A stretch of 64,000 bases of DNA. Origin: Scenedesmus sp. PABB004. Its lineage: Eukaryota. This document shows, one piece after another, positions 12,517 through 30,938 of the stretch; positions within the stretch are counted from its first letter, which is position 1, and each line of letters starts with the position of its first letter. Made by a program: the position numbers and the translations under genes. Under the pieces are notes generated by a model, which worked only from the letters and a program-made list of their open reading frames with translations, had not been told where the DNA came from and did no database searches. Location: positions 1 to 64,000 of the forward strand of contig JABVCE010000011.1 of assembly GCA_014905635.1 (NCBI GenBank), read 5' to 3'.

Positions 12517-14243
12517 CGCCCAAGGCCGGCGGCGGCGCGCCCGCGGCGTGCGGCGAGGTGTTCCTTGACCGCTCGCTCGGCTACGGCGACTACGTGTGGG
12601 AGGTCGAGACCGGCGCCGCGGCGGTGAGCGGCGGGCGGCGGCGGGCAGGCACCGACGGAGGCAGAGGGCTCCCGCGCGGCCCCGCCCCGCCCACCCCGCC
12701 CGCCCGCGCCCTGCTCAATGGCGCGCCCGCACCCCACACCCCGCCGCGCGCAGCTCTCCCCCTCCGTGGTGGGCTCTGCCTTCATCTATGAGAGCGAGGA
12801 CGCGGCGTACGACGTGGAGTACGGGCGGTGGGGCGACCCCGCGGCGGTGCCGCTGCAGTACGTGCAGCACCCCGCGCCCGCCGCGGCCGCGACGGGGCAC
12901 CGCTTCGCGCCCGCGGCCGGCGGGCGCATGACGCACCGCGTGCGCTGGGCGCCCGGCGGCGTGACGTACGAGACCTGGGACGACGCGGGCGAGCTCGTGC
13001 ACTCGTGGGCGGGCGACCCGAGTGAGCGCCGCCGCGCCGCGCGCGAGCTCTCGCCCGCGCCTCGCCCCAGCGCTCCCCGCTCACGCCCGCCCGCCGGCGC
13101 CGCGCCCGCGCTGCTCCGCCGCCGCGCAGGCGGCACCGTGTTCGAGCCGGGCCGCGAGCGCGTGCACATCGCGCACTGGCTCTTCACGCCCGCCGGTGCG
13201 CCCCCGAGCTCCACGCTCCTTCTAAACTGCTTCGCGCACTGCCCGCCGGGCGCGGAGGCCGAGTGCTCCAGCCCGGCCGGCGTGCGGCCGCGCTGCGCGG
13301 GCTCGGCGGCGCCGCCGTCGGCGCCGCCGCCGCCGCCGCGGCCGCCGCCCTGCCCCGCGTGGCAGCTGCAGTGGCCGCCCGGCTCGCCCTACTGCTGGTA
13401 CACCCGCGACAGCGAGGGCGCGCGGCAGGGCCCGGGCGACAACCTCTTCGCCTCGGCCAACGCCGCGCTGCGCGCCGCCGACGGCGCGCTCGTGCTGACC
13501 GTCGCGCCGCCGCCGCGCGCCGGCGGCGCGGGCCCGGCGCCGCCGCCGGCGTGCGCCGAGGTCTTTCTGAACCGCAGCCTCGGGCTGGGCGACTATGTCT
13601 GGGCCGTCGAGACGCCCCCGGGCGGCGTGGCCGCGGCGCGCGTGGCCAGCACGTTCCTCTACGCGGCGCAGGGGCGGGAGTTTGACATTGAGTTCATGGG
13701 CCCCGCCGCGTGGGGCGACCCAAGCAGCCCCGACAACACGCAGTACGTGCTGCAGCCCTGGGACGCGGCGGGCAACGCGCCGCACGCGTTCGCGCTCCCC
13801 GCCGGCGCCGGCGCCGTCACGCACCGCCTGCGCTGGGCGGGCGCGGCCGGCCCCGGCGACGTGTCGTTCGAGTCGTGGGCGGCCGACGGCACGCTCCTGC
13901 ACAGCTGGACCGGAACCGGTGCGCGCGTGCGCGCGCGTTGCGGCCGGCGGCGGCGCCGCCGGCGGGGCGCAGGGGCGCACCGCGCGCGCTGCGCGCCGAC
14001 GGCGGGCGCCGCGCGCTCACCCCGCCGTGCGCGCCGCCGCCGCCGCGCCCCGCCCCCTGCTGCACAGGCGGCAACAATTTTGTGCCGTCGGGCGACGAGC
14101 GCGTGCACATCAACCACTGGATCGCCAACGCGACCGCCGACGGCGGCGCGCCGAGCAGCTTTGTGGTCACCTGCTTCGCTCACTGCCCGCGCGGCGAGGA
14201 GGCGCGCTGCTCCACGCCGCTCGGCACGCGGCCCCGCTGCTGA
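11031..14243 (+). CDS. Secreted protein with three tandem GH16-like (ConA/glucanase fold) domains
   Basis: Exons 11031-11142, 11295-11566, 11685-11952, 12067-12623, 12754-13021, 13130-13918, 14068-14243. Three repeats of C..L.WP.G...CW..R / C.EVFL..SLG.G.YVW.VET / ExDxE (EFDVE 11736, AYDVE 12805, EFDIE 13678) / QYVxQP / THR.RW / CF..CP.G.EA.C. Confidence 0.8.
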
Positions 14244-14784
14244 GGGGGCAGCGCGAGCGCGCGCCGGCCTGGTCGGCCGTCGACGCGCCGTTTGATGCTT
14301 TGAACGCAACGACGCGCCGCCCCGCCGGCGGCGCTGAGCGCTGCAGTCGGCACTGGCGGTGTAGGCTTTGTCGGTCCGGCAGGATCGCAGCTGCGCGAGA
14401 GAAAGCGGGGGACTGCGCACTGGGGCCGCGCGGCGCGCGGGCGCCACCGCCTCCCGCGGCACGCACCACGCGCCGGCGGGCGCGAAGAAACTTGCCGGCA
14501 CTGCCGCATTGAGGAGGAGAGCTGAGAAACCCGCCCGCGAGTGAGCTTGCACGCATTGCACCCCCACGTTGAGCGGCCACCACCCAGGCAGGCACGCCGC
14601 GCGTCGCTTGCACATCCCCTTTGCTGGCTCATGCCGGCGCCGCACTTTCCCTCGCCCGCTTGACTGCATCAGACAGTACAGGCTAATTCGAAGCGCGCTC
14701 TGTTGCGCTGCGCAGCGCGCGCAGCCTGCGGTCGCGGCACGCCTCGGCGCGAGGTTGAGCCGCACGGCAACACAAGACCTTCCG

Positions 14785-15616
14785 CTAGCGCGCGCTCTCG
14801 GCCGGGCTCCGAGCGCTGCAGCTCTGCAGCGGCCCGCCGCCCGCCTCGCCGCCGCGGTCAGCAGGCGCAGCCAGCTGCAGCTGCTCGCGGCCCTCCAGCT
14901 CCGGGGGATCCCCGCGCGCTGGCACCGGCTGCTCCAGTGGCTGCTCCAGCGGCTGCTCCAGGCAGCACCCCGACTCGGCCTGGCTGTCAGCGGGGGCTGG
15001 CTGCTCTGGCGGCAGGCGCGACGCGGGCGGCTGGGCGGGCGCGCAGCCGCTCGGCGCGCAGCCGCGCGGCGCGAGCGCCTGCCGCAGGCGGCCGCCCCAC
15101 CCCCGACCCGGCTGCTGCTGCAGCTGCTGCTCCACGGCCGGCGCTGCCGGTTCGGCGGCTGGCGCTGCGGCCACGGCGGTCGCCGGCGCGGCGCGCGGGC
15201 CAGCAGCCGCGCGCGCAGGCCGCCGCACGACGCGGCGTCGTGCTCCTGGCCCGCGCAACAGACCGACGTCGGCGCCGCGCCGCGCCCGGCGAGCTCAAGG
15301 GAGACGGCCGCGCGCGCCGGCGCAGGCGCGCCGAGGACCGCCAGCGGCGCCGGGCCCGGGCCGCCGCCCCGCCGGCCGCGGCCGCCGCGGCGCGCAGCAG
15401 CTGCCCCCGCAGCGCGGCCACGCCGAGCAGCAGACCGGGCGCCAGGGCCGCCGCCCCGGCGTCCCCGTCGAGCGGCGCCGGGCAGCCCGCGCCGCCCGCG
15501 CCGCCTGAGGCTGAGGCCGCCAGCAGCGGGTGGCCCGGCAGCGCGCAGGCCAGGGCCTCCGGCGCGCGCCGCGGCCAGCGTGGCGGCGCGCGCTCCTCTG
15601 CGGCGGCGCACCACAT
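14785..15616 (-). CDS. Possible hypothetical low-complexity protein (needs two frameshifts)
   Basis: ATG at 15616. Three consecutive minus-strand frames each carry coding-like segments (..PLAVLGAPAP..VSLELAG.., ..LEQPLEQPLEQP..), and single-base losses would join them. No recognisable domain. Confidence 0.25.
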
Positions 15617-15971
15617 GTTGACCGCCCGCCGCGTGCGCGGGAGTGGGGTGGGCGGCCGGTTGTCGGCGAGCTGTGGGGCGTCGTTCGAAGCGGGGTTTGG
15701 GCGCGCGCGACCGCTGCTGCGCCGCGCGCGCGCCGCGCCGCCGCGCAATCTGCCAGCGCGGCGCCGCCGCCGCGCCACGCCCTTCTCAAAGCCGTCCGCC
15801 CAGGGCTCCCTGCCGCGTTGAGGGCGGCCCGCGAGCATGTCGCAGCAGCATCAACAGCACTGAGCGGCCCTGCTCAGCGCCAGTCAGATGAGGGGCCTCC
15901 TGAGGCCAGCCCCGGCGCCGCCCACGGCCGGCAGCGGGCCGCGCAAGGGCGGGGGCCCCGTTTCGCGACGA

Positions 15972-17706
15972 ATGCCGCACCCTCCCGCCGGGCCGGCGAA
16001 GCTGCTGGCGACGCTGGTGGCGCTCCGCCTCGGCTACAAGCTCGCTCGCACCGCGGGTGCGGCGCGGGGCGTCGCAGGCGGCGCGCGGGCGCTGGGGCGG
16101 CCATCATCAGTCGAGTGCGAGCCGAAATCATAACCCCCCGCGCCGCAGTGGGGCGCCTGGTGGAGCCGCGCGTCGCTCCCGCGCCCATCAGCGACGGCGG
16201 CGCCTGCGAGGACCCGTTTGACGAGCAGGCGCGCGGCGCGGCGCGCAGCAGCGGCGGCGCGCCGCGCTGGCGCGCGGCGCTGGCGGGCTGCGCCGCGGCG
16301 CTGTGCGCCTGGGCCGTCTGGCGCCCGCGCCGCTGACTCGCCCGCGCCGGCCCGCGCCGCCCACGCCCGCAGGCGGCGCCCGGCGGCGCGCCGACCGCGC
16401 GCGAGCAGTGGACGCTGTGCGACGCGCCCGCGCCCGACGTGCCCGACGGTGCGTGCCCCGGCCCGCCGCTGCCCTGGTGCGCACGCCCCGCGCGCGCCGC
16501 GGCGCCGCCCACGCCCGCGCTGCGCCGCCGCAGGCTTCCGCGTCGTCGCGAGCGAGCACTTGGCGATCAGCGTGTACGCCTTCTACGAGCAGTTCCTGTC
16601 CGTGCAGGCGAGCTGCCTGCAGGACCACCACCGCTCGACCGGGCAGTACGACTTCCGGGCCTCGCGCTGGAAGGCCGACGGCGAGGGGCGCCTGGGGCGG
16701 GTATTTGAGTTCATGCAGCCCAAGCGCGGCATCTGCAGCGCCAACGCGCACTGCGTGCAGGAGCACCGCCTCTCGGTGCACGCCGGCAGCGTGCTCGTGC
16801 TGCGCACCGACATGACCGTGCAGCACGTGCCCTACGCCGACGCGTTCACCGTGCACAGCTTCTGGCGGGTGCGCACGGGCGTGCCGCGCGCCCGGCGCGG
16901 CGGCACGCAGCGGCAGCCCTCGGCCGCGACGCAGCCCTCACCGCGCCGCGCCGCGCGCGCCGCCGCCGCCGGCCACGCAGGCGCAGCCCGACGCGAGCGG
17001 GCTGGGGACCAACGTCGCGATCCATGTCGGCGTCGCGTTCAGCCGGCGCGTGCTCGTGCGGAGCATCATCGTGTCCAACACGCTGTCCGACTGCCGCGCC
17101 TTTTACGGCGACTTCCTGGCCAAGGTGCAGAACAGCATCGCGACCGAGCTGCTCCCCAGCGCCGCGGCGGCGGCCGCCGCGGCCGAGGCGCTGCTCGGCG
17201 GCGGCGAGCCGCCGCTGCTGTCGCCGCGGCGCCGCGGCCCGCCGAGCCCGTTTGCGTCGGTGGACGCCGAGGTCTTTGTGCGCTCGAGCAGCCGCGGCGC
17301 CGGCGCGGGCGCCGGCGCGGCGGCCTGCCACCGGCGCGGCGCGTCGCTCAGCCGGGCGCAGCCGCAGCAGGCGCGCGCGTCGCCGCTGCCGCCGCCGGCG
17401 CCGCAGCAGGAGCAGCAGCAGCCCGGCGGCGCTGGCGTCAGCGCGTTTGCGGACCAGGCCGCGCTCGGCCCGCTCAGCCCCGGGCGCGGCGCGCCGCGCG
17501 CCGGCGCGCGGCCGCCCAGCCGCCGGGTCAGCGCCAAGCCCTCGTTCGCGCAGCCGGCGTCGGAGCTGCACCTGCCCACCAGGGGCCCGCCGCCGCACGT
17601 CATCGGCGCGGCGCAGGCGATTCTGCTGGTGCTCGTGCTGCTGCTGCAGCTGCTCACGCTGCACGACAACGCCACGCTGCACCGCCGCATCGCCGCGGGC
17701 TGCTGA
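15972..17706 (+). CDS. VASt (StART-like, LAM/Aster family) lipid-transfer domain protein with C-terminal TM
   Basis: Exons 15972-16056, 16149-16228, 16373-16448, 16534-16868, 16981-17706. Motifs ISVYAFYEQFLS, SRW, RVFEF, VPYADAFTVHSFW, V.FSRRVLVRSII; TM AILLVLVLLLQLLTL. An alternative ATG lies at 15888. Confidence 0.82.
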
Positions 17707-18533
17707 GCGCGGGGCGGGGCCGCCCGCAGCCGCTGTTTTTTTTCTCGCGGTCGCCGCCGCGCGCCCTTTTGCAGACCGCGTGGTGCAAGGTTGGTTCCGT
17801 GCACGGCAGGCCCGCCCAGCCACATGGGGGCCGTTTTGAGGTTCGGCGATTCGTTTGGGACGTCGGGACGGCACTCTTGCACCGCCAGGCAGGCCCCTAG
17901 GCAAGGCCCCTAGCCAGCTAGCGAGCAAGGGCGCGTTCGGTTCGGTGTGTGTGCTGCGAAGACCAACCAGGCACGAGGCGGCAGCCAGGTGTGTGCGCGG
18001 GTGTGCGCGTAGTGGTTGGGCGCGCGGCGCATCGGTCAAGACAAGGCATGCTCCTCCCAGGCGGCGGCGCCTTTCCGGCCGCCGCTGCCGCCGAGGCGAT
18101 GACGATGAGGAGCGCCGGCTCACACAGCGGTCTGCTGCTCTTGCGCGCGGCGCCGCCAGATCGGCTGCGGCGTAGCGCGCAGCGCGCGGAGCCGCGCACG
18201 GAGCCGAGCGAGCAGTGCGCCGCGCGGAGCCCCTCTGCGACACGAGGGTTGGCAGCGTGTACAGTGAACAGCACGGCTTGAAGCAGGCGCAGGCGCGGGC
18301 CGGCGCGCGGTCGGTAGGCGGCGGTGCTGTGCGAGGGTTTTCGGCCCCGCCCCGTCAAAGCGCCGCCACCCGGCCCCGCGCCATTCTCGTCCGGCAGACG
18401 CCGCACGACTGCCCCACGCGCCCCTGCATCGGCCCGCGCGCGTTTGTGGCAGCAGCAGCAGCAGCAGTGATGGCGCACTGACCCGGGGGCGCCGAGGGGC
18501 GAGCGCCTGCCTGCCTCGCCGCGCCCGGCCGCG

Positions 18534-25686
<7,153 letters not shown>

Positions 25687-25991
25687 GCCGGCCGCGGCCG
25701 GGCCGCGCGGGGCCGGCGCGGTCGGCGGCACAGCGCGGCACAGCGCGGCACAGCGCCCAGAGCCGGCGGCAGGTCGGGCCTGCCGGCCGTCGTTGATGCG
25801 GTTGACCTCCTGCCCATGGACACCCGCAGCAACGACGGCCGGCCGCCCCGACCGCGCTGAGCGCGTCGCTGCCTGCGGGGTGGCCGGCTGCCGTCTGGCG
25901 GTCTGGGCTGCTGCGGGACGACGCGCGCGTCGGCCGAGAGAGCGCGGCGCAGCGTTAACGGGCGCCGCCCCCGTGCGCGCGCCGTCCCCGC

Positions 25992-28023
25992 TCACGCCGC
26001 CTCCGCCGCGGCGCCGCTCGGCTCGGCGCCGCTCCCGCTCTGCTCGGCGCCGCCGCTCAGGTCAAAGTTGAGCGTGCGCAGCGCCGCGCCGGCCTCGGCG
26101 TCCCAGCCCGGCCCGCCCGCGAGCGGGCGCAGCGCGCGCAGCGGGGCGAGGAACTCGGCCGCGCTGCTCCCCCGCACCGCGCCGCACACGCCCGACAGCA
26201 GCGGCTCCGGCAGCGCGGCGAGCTGCATGCGGAAGCTGCCGTAGATCTCCCAGGCCCACGCCCGCGCCTCGGCCTGGTCGTCCGGCACCGGCGGCAGCAC
26301 CTCCTCCACGTCCTGCAGCACCTCCGCCGGCACGCTCAGCTGCAGCACGGCCTCGAGCAGCCCCCGCTTCGCGCCCGCGCCGGGCGCGCCCATCGACGAC
26401 GCGTCGAGCGCCGGCGCGGCGAGCACGGGGCTCGCGGGGCCGAGGCCGTCCGGGCCGACCATGTCGCGCCACGCGCCGCTGTCCCACAGCTCCTGCAGGC
26501 CTGCGCGGCGGCGCGGCGGCGCGCGGCAGGGGGTGGGCGCGCGCTCGCCTCGGCCCGGCGGCGCGCGCACGCGCAGCGCGGCGCGGCGCCCACCTGGCAG
26601 GTGCGCCGAGCCCACCACGAGCGCGACCGCCGGCGCCGGCGCGCCCGGCAGCTGCATCAGGCCCCGGCAGCACTGGTCCACCACGCCCAGCATCACGCCC
26701 TCGCGCTCCTGCGCGGCGGGCGGGCGCCGGCGCTCGTGCTCGCGCGGGCGCCGGTGCCTGCTGCCCGCGGCCGCGCGCCGCCCACGCCGCCGCCGCGACC
26801 CTCTGCCTTTCTCCGGCCCTCCCCTGCCGCCTCTCACCCGCATCATGATCCCCCACACACACGTCTGACTCAGCGCCGCCTGGTAGTCAGCAGCGACCGC
26901 CGCCGCGGCCGCCGCCGCGTCGCCGCCGCCGTCCGCGGCCGCCGCGGCGAGGTAGCCCGAGTACAGCGCGGCCGCCTCGGCGCCAAACGCGGCGTCCAGG
27001 TCCGCCAGGCTCGGGATGGCAAACAGGCGCCTGCGGCCGGCCGCCGCGGCGACGGCGGCGCGGTTGTCGGCCTGCGGCCCCGCGGCCGCAGGCGCCGCGC
27101 CGCGCCGCCGCTCACTTGTAGGTTGTGGCCTTTGGCCGGTCGCCAAAGAGCAGCTGGCTGCCGGTCGCAAACGCGGCGACGTACGCGAGCTGCTCGCCGT
27201 TGAACTGCCCCGCCGCCTGCTGCCAGATGCCGCCCGGCGCCATCGCCGACTCGCCCTGCTCCTGGATCGCCGCCGCGACCTGGCAGAAGACGCGCAGGAA
27301 CATGCCCGCCGAGCCTGCGCACGCCAAACGACGGCACGGGCGGGCCGGCGGGCAGGTGGGCAGGTGCGCGGCGTGGCGCGGCGCGGCGCGGGGCGCGGCG
27401 CGGCAGGGAGCGCTCCCCCGGCGCCGCCCCGCGCACCTTGGACCTGGTCGCGGCAGGTCACGCCGCGCCCCGGCTCCGCGCCATGCTCCGGCGTGGCGGC
27501 CGTCTCGACGACCACCGCCGCGGGGCGCTGCGCGAGGATCCACTCGCCTGCGCGGCGGCGGGCGCGGCGGCGCGTGGGCGGCCGCGCGGCGCGGCCGCCG
27601 CGGCTGCCGCCGCGCAGGCTGCCGGCGCGCCTGCCCTCCCGCGCTGTCGCGTGCCGCTGCGTTGCCGCGCGGCGCACCGATGTGGGGCTGGCGGTCGAGG
27701 TGCTCCACGCCAAACACGCACACACACACGCCCGCCGGGTGCGACAGCACGAGGTCCGGCCCGCCCTCGGCCGGCGACAGCTGCGCCTGAGGTGCCGGCT
27801 GCTCCTGCGGCGGCGCCGCCGCCACCGCCACGGCACGCCTCTGGCCGGCGGCGGCGGCGGGCCAGGCTGGCGCGGCGCCGCTGCTGCCGCCGCCGGCGCG
27901 CGCCGCCGCCGGCTGCGCCGAAAACGCAGCTGCTCTGTCGCGGCGCGTGGAGGGAGTCCCGGCCAGCCGACGGGCTGCGCGAGGGGCTGCAATGCGTCCG
28001 CTGGGCGGCGAGAGGGCCTGCAT
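25992..28023 (-). CDS. TraB/GumN-domain protein, probably organelle-targeted
   Basis: Exons 28023-27678, 27547-27437, 27314-27116, 27030-26838, 26708-26594, 26500-25992. Motifs VFGVEH, RPAAVVVE, GEQLAYVAA, LLFGDRPK.TTYKR, MRERE, VALVVGSAHLPGL..LW. Confidence 0.85.
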
Positions 28024-28462
28024 GGCGCGCAGACGGCGTGCAGCACCGCGAGGGGGCCGCTGGACGCCGCGGCAGCGATGCTGAACGGACTCACCCACGC
28101 CGGCGCGCGTCGGGGGAAGCGGGTGCGACGCGCCGGAGGCCCAGCGCTGCGCCCCGGCCGCGTTGCGACCGCTCTGCTGCCGCGTGGGCGTCAGATGGAC
28201 CTCACGGCGTCCGCGGCCGACCACACCCCCAGCGCAGCGGCAGGACGTGCGCGTGCCCGCTGGCGCACGGGCAGCAGCAGTTGATGGCCTGAGCGGCAGC
28301 GCGCCCGCCGCCCGCTGCACGCGCCGCCGCCGGCAGCCGCCGCAGCGGGCTGACGAGGTAGGAGAAAGCGCCAGCTCACGAGCCCCCGGCCAGGCGCGTC
28401 CCGCCCGCGCGTGAGCAGGCGGCAGCAGCAGCAGCTGCAGCAGCGGGGGCGCCCGCGGCGAC

Positions 28463-30825
28463 ATGGGGCGGAGCCGCAGCCGCAGCCGCGAGCGGCGGCG
28501 GCGCAGCCGCAGCCGCAGCCGCGACCGCGACCGCGACCGGCGGCGGAGCAGCCGGAGCCGCAGTCGTGAGCGCAGCCGGCGCGACCGCGACGGCAGCGGC
28601 CGGCGCGAGGGCGGCAGCCGGCGCAGCCGCAGCCGCGAGCGCAGCGGCAGGCGCGAGCGCAGCCGCAGCCGTGACCGCGACCGTGACCGCCGGCGCAGCC
28701 GCGAGCGCAAGCGCAGCAGGAGCGGCGAGCGCGGCGCGCCGGCCGCGCCCGCACCCGCGCCCGCACCCGCGGCCGCGCCGCCGCCCACTGGCGGCGGCGA
28801 CGACGAGCTGGAGGCCAAGCGCCGGCGGCTGGAGGCCTGGAAGGCCAAGCAGCAGGCGCTCAAGGCAGCGGCGCCGCCGGCCGGCGCCGCAGCCAAGGCG
28901 GGCGGCGAGGAGGAGGACGGGCACATCTCGTCGGTGCCGTGGGACGGCAAGCCCAGCGGCGGCGGCGGCGGCGGCGCCGCGCCCGTGCGGCCGCCGCCCG
29001 GCGGCGACCCCAAGGCCGTCTTCTGGTCGCCGTACAGCGACGACGAGGACGACGAGGCCGCCAAGGCGGCCGCCACGGCCAAGGCGGCCGCGGGTCCGGG
29101 CGCGCTGCCGGCCAAGGTGGTCGCGCTGAAGGCCAAGGACGCGGCGGAGGACGTCGCCGCCGCGCTCAAGGCGGCCGCGGGCGGCGACGAGCCGGACCCG
29201 CTCGACGCCTTTATGAGCGCTGAGGTGTGGCAGGGCTCCGGAGGGGAGGGTTTGGGAGAGGAGGGTTTAGGAGAGAGGGCAGCCGGCGGAGGGAGGGCAG
29301 CGCAGCGGGCGCGCGGCCGAGCGCCGCCCCTCAGCCGCGCACCGCCGCGCCGCGCGCAGGTGATGCCGGAGGTCGCGGCGCGGCAGGCCGAGGCGGCGCG
29401 CGCGGCCGAGGCGGCGCGGCTCGAGGCGGCCAAGGCCCTCGCGGCGGGGAAGAAGCTGCCGAGCGAGCGCGTGCTGGAGGAGGACAGCGACGAGGAGCCG
29501 GAGCCAGACCTGGAGATCACGGTGCGGTGTGCGGCCCGCGCACGCGGGCGCGGGCCGCGCGCGGGGCCGCGTGCGGCGCCGGCCGCTGAGCTGAGCGGCG
29601 CGCCCGGCCTCGCCGCCCGCCGCCGCGGCGCGCGGCCGCGCAGATCCCCACCAACCGCGTCAAGCTGCTCGTCGGCCCCGGCGGCGCGACGATCAAGGAG
29701 ATCCAGCGCAAGTGCAAGTGAGCCGCGCAGACGGGCCGGCGCGGGCGCGCTCGCGGCTCAGCTCAGCGCGGCGCGCGCCGCCCCGCCGCCGCCGCCGCAG
29801 CCGCCACGTGCAGCGCCGCCGCGCCCGCGCCGCCGCCCGCCCGCCGCTCTCCAACTCCCGCCGCCTCCCGCCTCCTGCCGCGCCGCCGTGCACCAGGGCG
29901 CGCATCCAGATCAAGAAGGAGGAGGAGGAGCTCAACCGGGCGTGGGGCAGCGGGCCGATCATCCGCCCGGCGGCGCAGCCCCACTCCGGCCCGCGCGCGC
30001 CAAAGGGCACCGCGCTGCTCACCGGCCCCGCCGCGCCGCAGCCGCTCGTGGCGGTGGTCGGCAAGGGGGACAAGGACAAGGAGGACGGCGGCGACGGCGA
30101 CGGCGACGGCGGCGAGGGCGGCGAGGGCGGCGAGGGTGGGCAGCAGGCGCAGCAGCGGCTGACGACGCTGCAGATCTACGGCGACAGCGGCGCGGTCGAA
30201 AAGGCGGTGGCCATGATCGAGGAGGCGGTGGCGAACAAGGAGCAGAAGGCCAAGCAGCGCGCGAGCCAGTACGAGCGCAAGCGCGAGCAGCGCCGCCGCG
30301 ACCGGTGCGTGCATCTGTGTCTGTGCGCGCGCGCGCGTGCGCCGTCGCCGCCGCCGCCGCCACCGCCGGGCGCGCGGCTGCCGCGGCCGCCGCGCGGCGC
30401 CGACCCCGCGGCCTGACCCCCAACCCCGCAGGCAGCTGTACCACCTGCGCCACGCCAAGGACTATGAGGAGCTGGGGCTGCCCATGGGCGCGAGCAAGAC
30501 CGACATCAAGAAGGCCTACAAGTGAGAGCCCCCACGGCCCACACACCGCCCGCTCGCCGCTCCGCTCGCCCCGCGCCCTCGCTCGACCGCGCCTCACGCA
30601 CGCGCGCGCCGCTCTCACCCCACGCCGCCGCCCTGCGCCCCCTATGCCCCGCGCCGCAGGAAGCTGGCGGTGCAGTGGCACCCCGACAAGCACCCGAACA
30701 ACGCCGAGGAGGCCAAGGCGCGCTTCCAGGCCATTGGTGCCGCCTACAACCGGCTCATGTCCAGCGACGAGGACGAGAGCATCGCGCAGCTCGAGGCCAA
30801 GGCTGGCAAGGCCAAGGCGCCGTGA
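28463..30825 (+). CDS. RS-rich / DPLD-motif / KH-domain / C-terminal DnaJ J-domain protein
   Basis: Exons 28463-29224, 29360-29521, 29644-29717, 29897-30304, 30432-30521, 30660-30825. RS repeats; DPLDAFM; KH IPTNRVKLLVGPGGATIKEIQ..ARIQI..IYGDSGAVEKAVAMI; J-domain YEELGL..IKKAYKKLAVQWHPDK..AKARFQAIGAAY. Confidence 0.9.
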
Positions 30826-30879
30826 CACCGCCGGCGCCTCGGGAGGCACGCGCCGCGCTGGGGGCCGCGCCGGCGGCGT

Positions 30880-30884
30880 TGTAA
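30880..30884 (+). promoter_or_regulatory. TGTAA polyadenylation signal (KH-J gene)
   Basis: 55 nt after the stop at 30825, in the 113-bp gap between convergent genes. Confidence 0.6.
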
Positions 30885-30938
30885 CCAGCGGGCGCCCGTC
30901 CGCGCCCCGCGCCAGCGCCCGCGCGCCGCGCCGCCGCC

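Noticed and set aside
17707..18533. Possible small gene or uORFs upstream of the TRP channel (e.g. ATG GCG CAC TGA at 18470-18481)
   Set aside because: No coding signature or splice-consistent model, and a 3-codon uORF is expected by chance.
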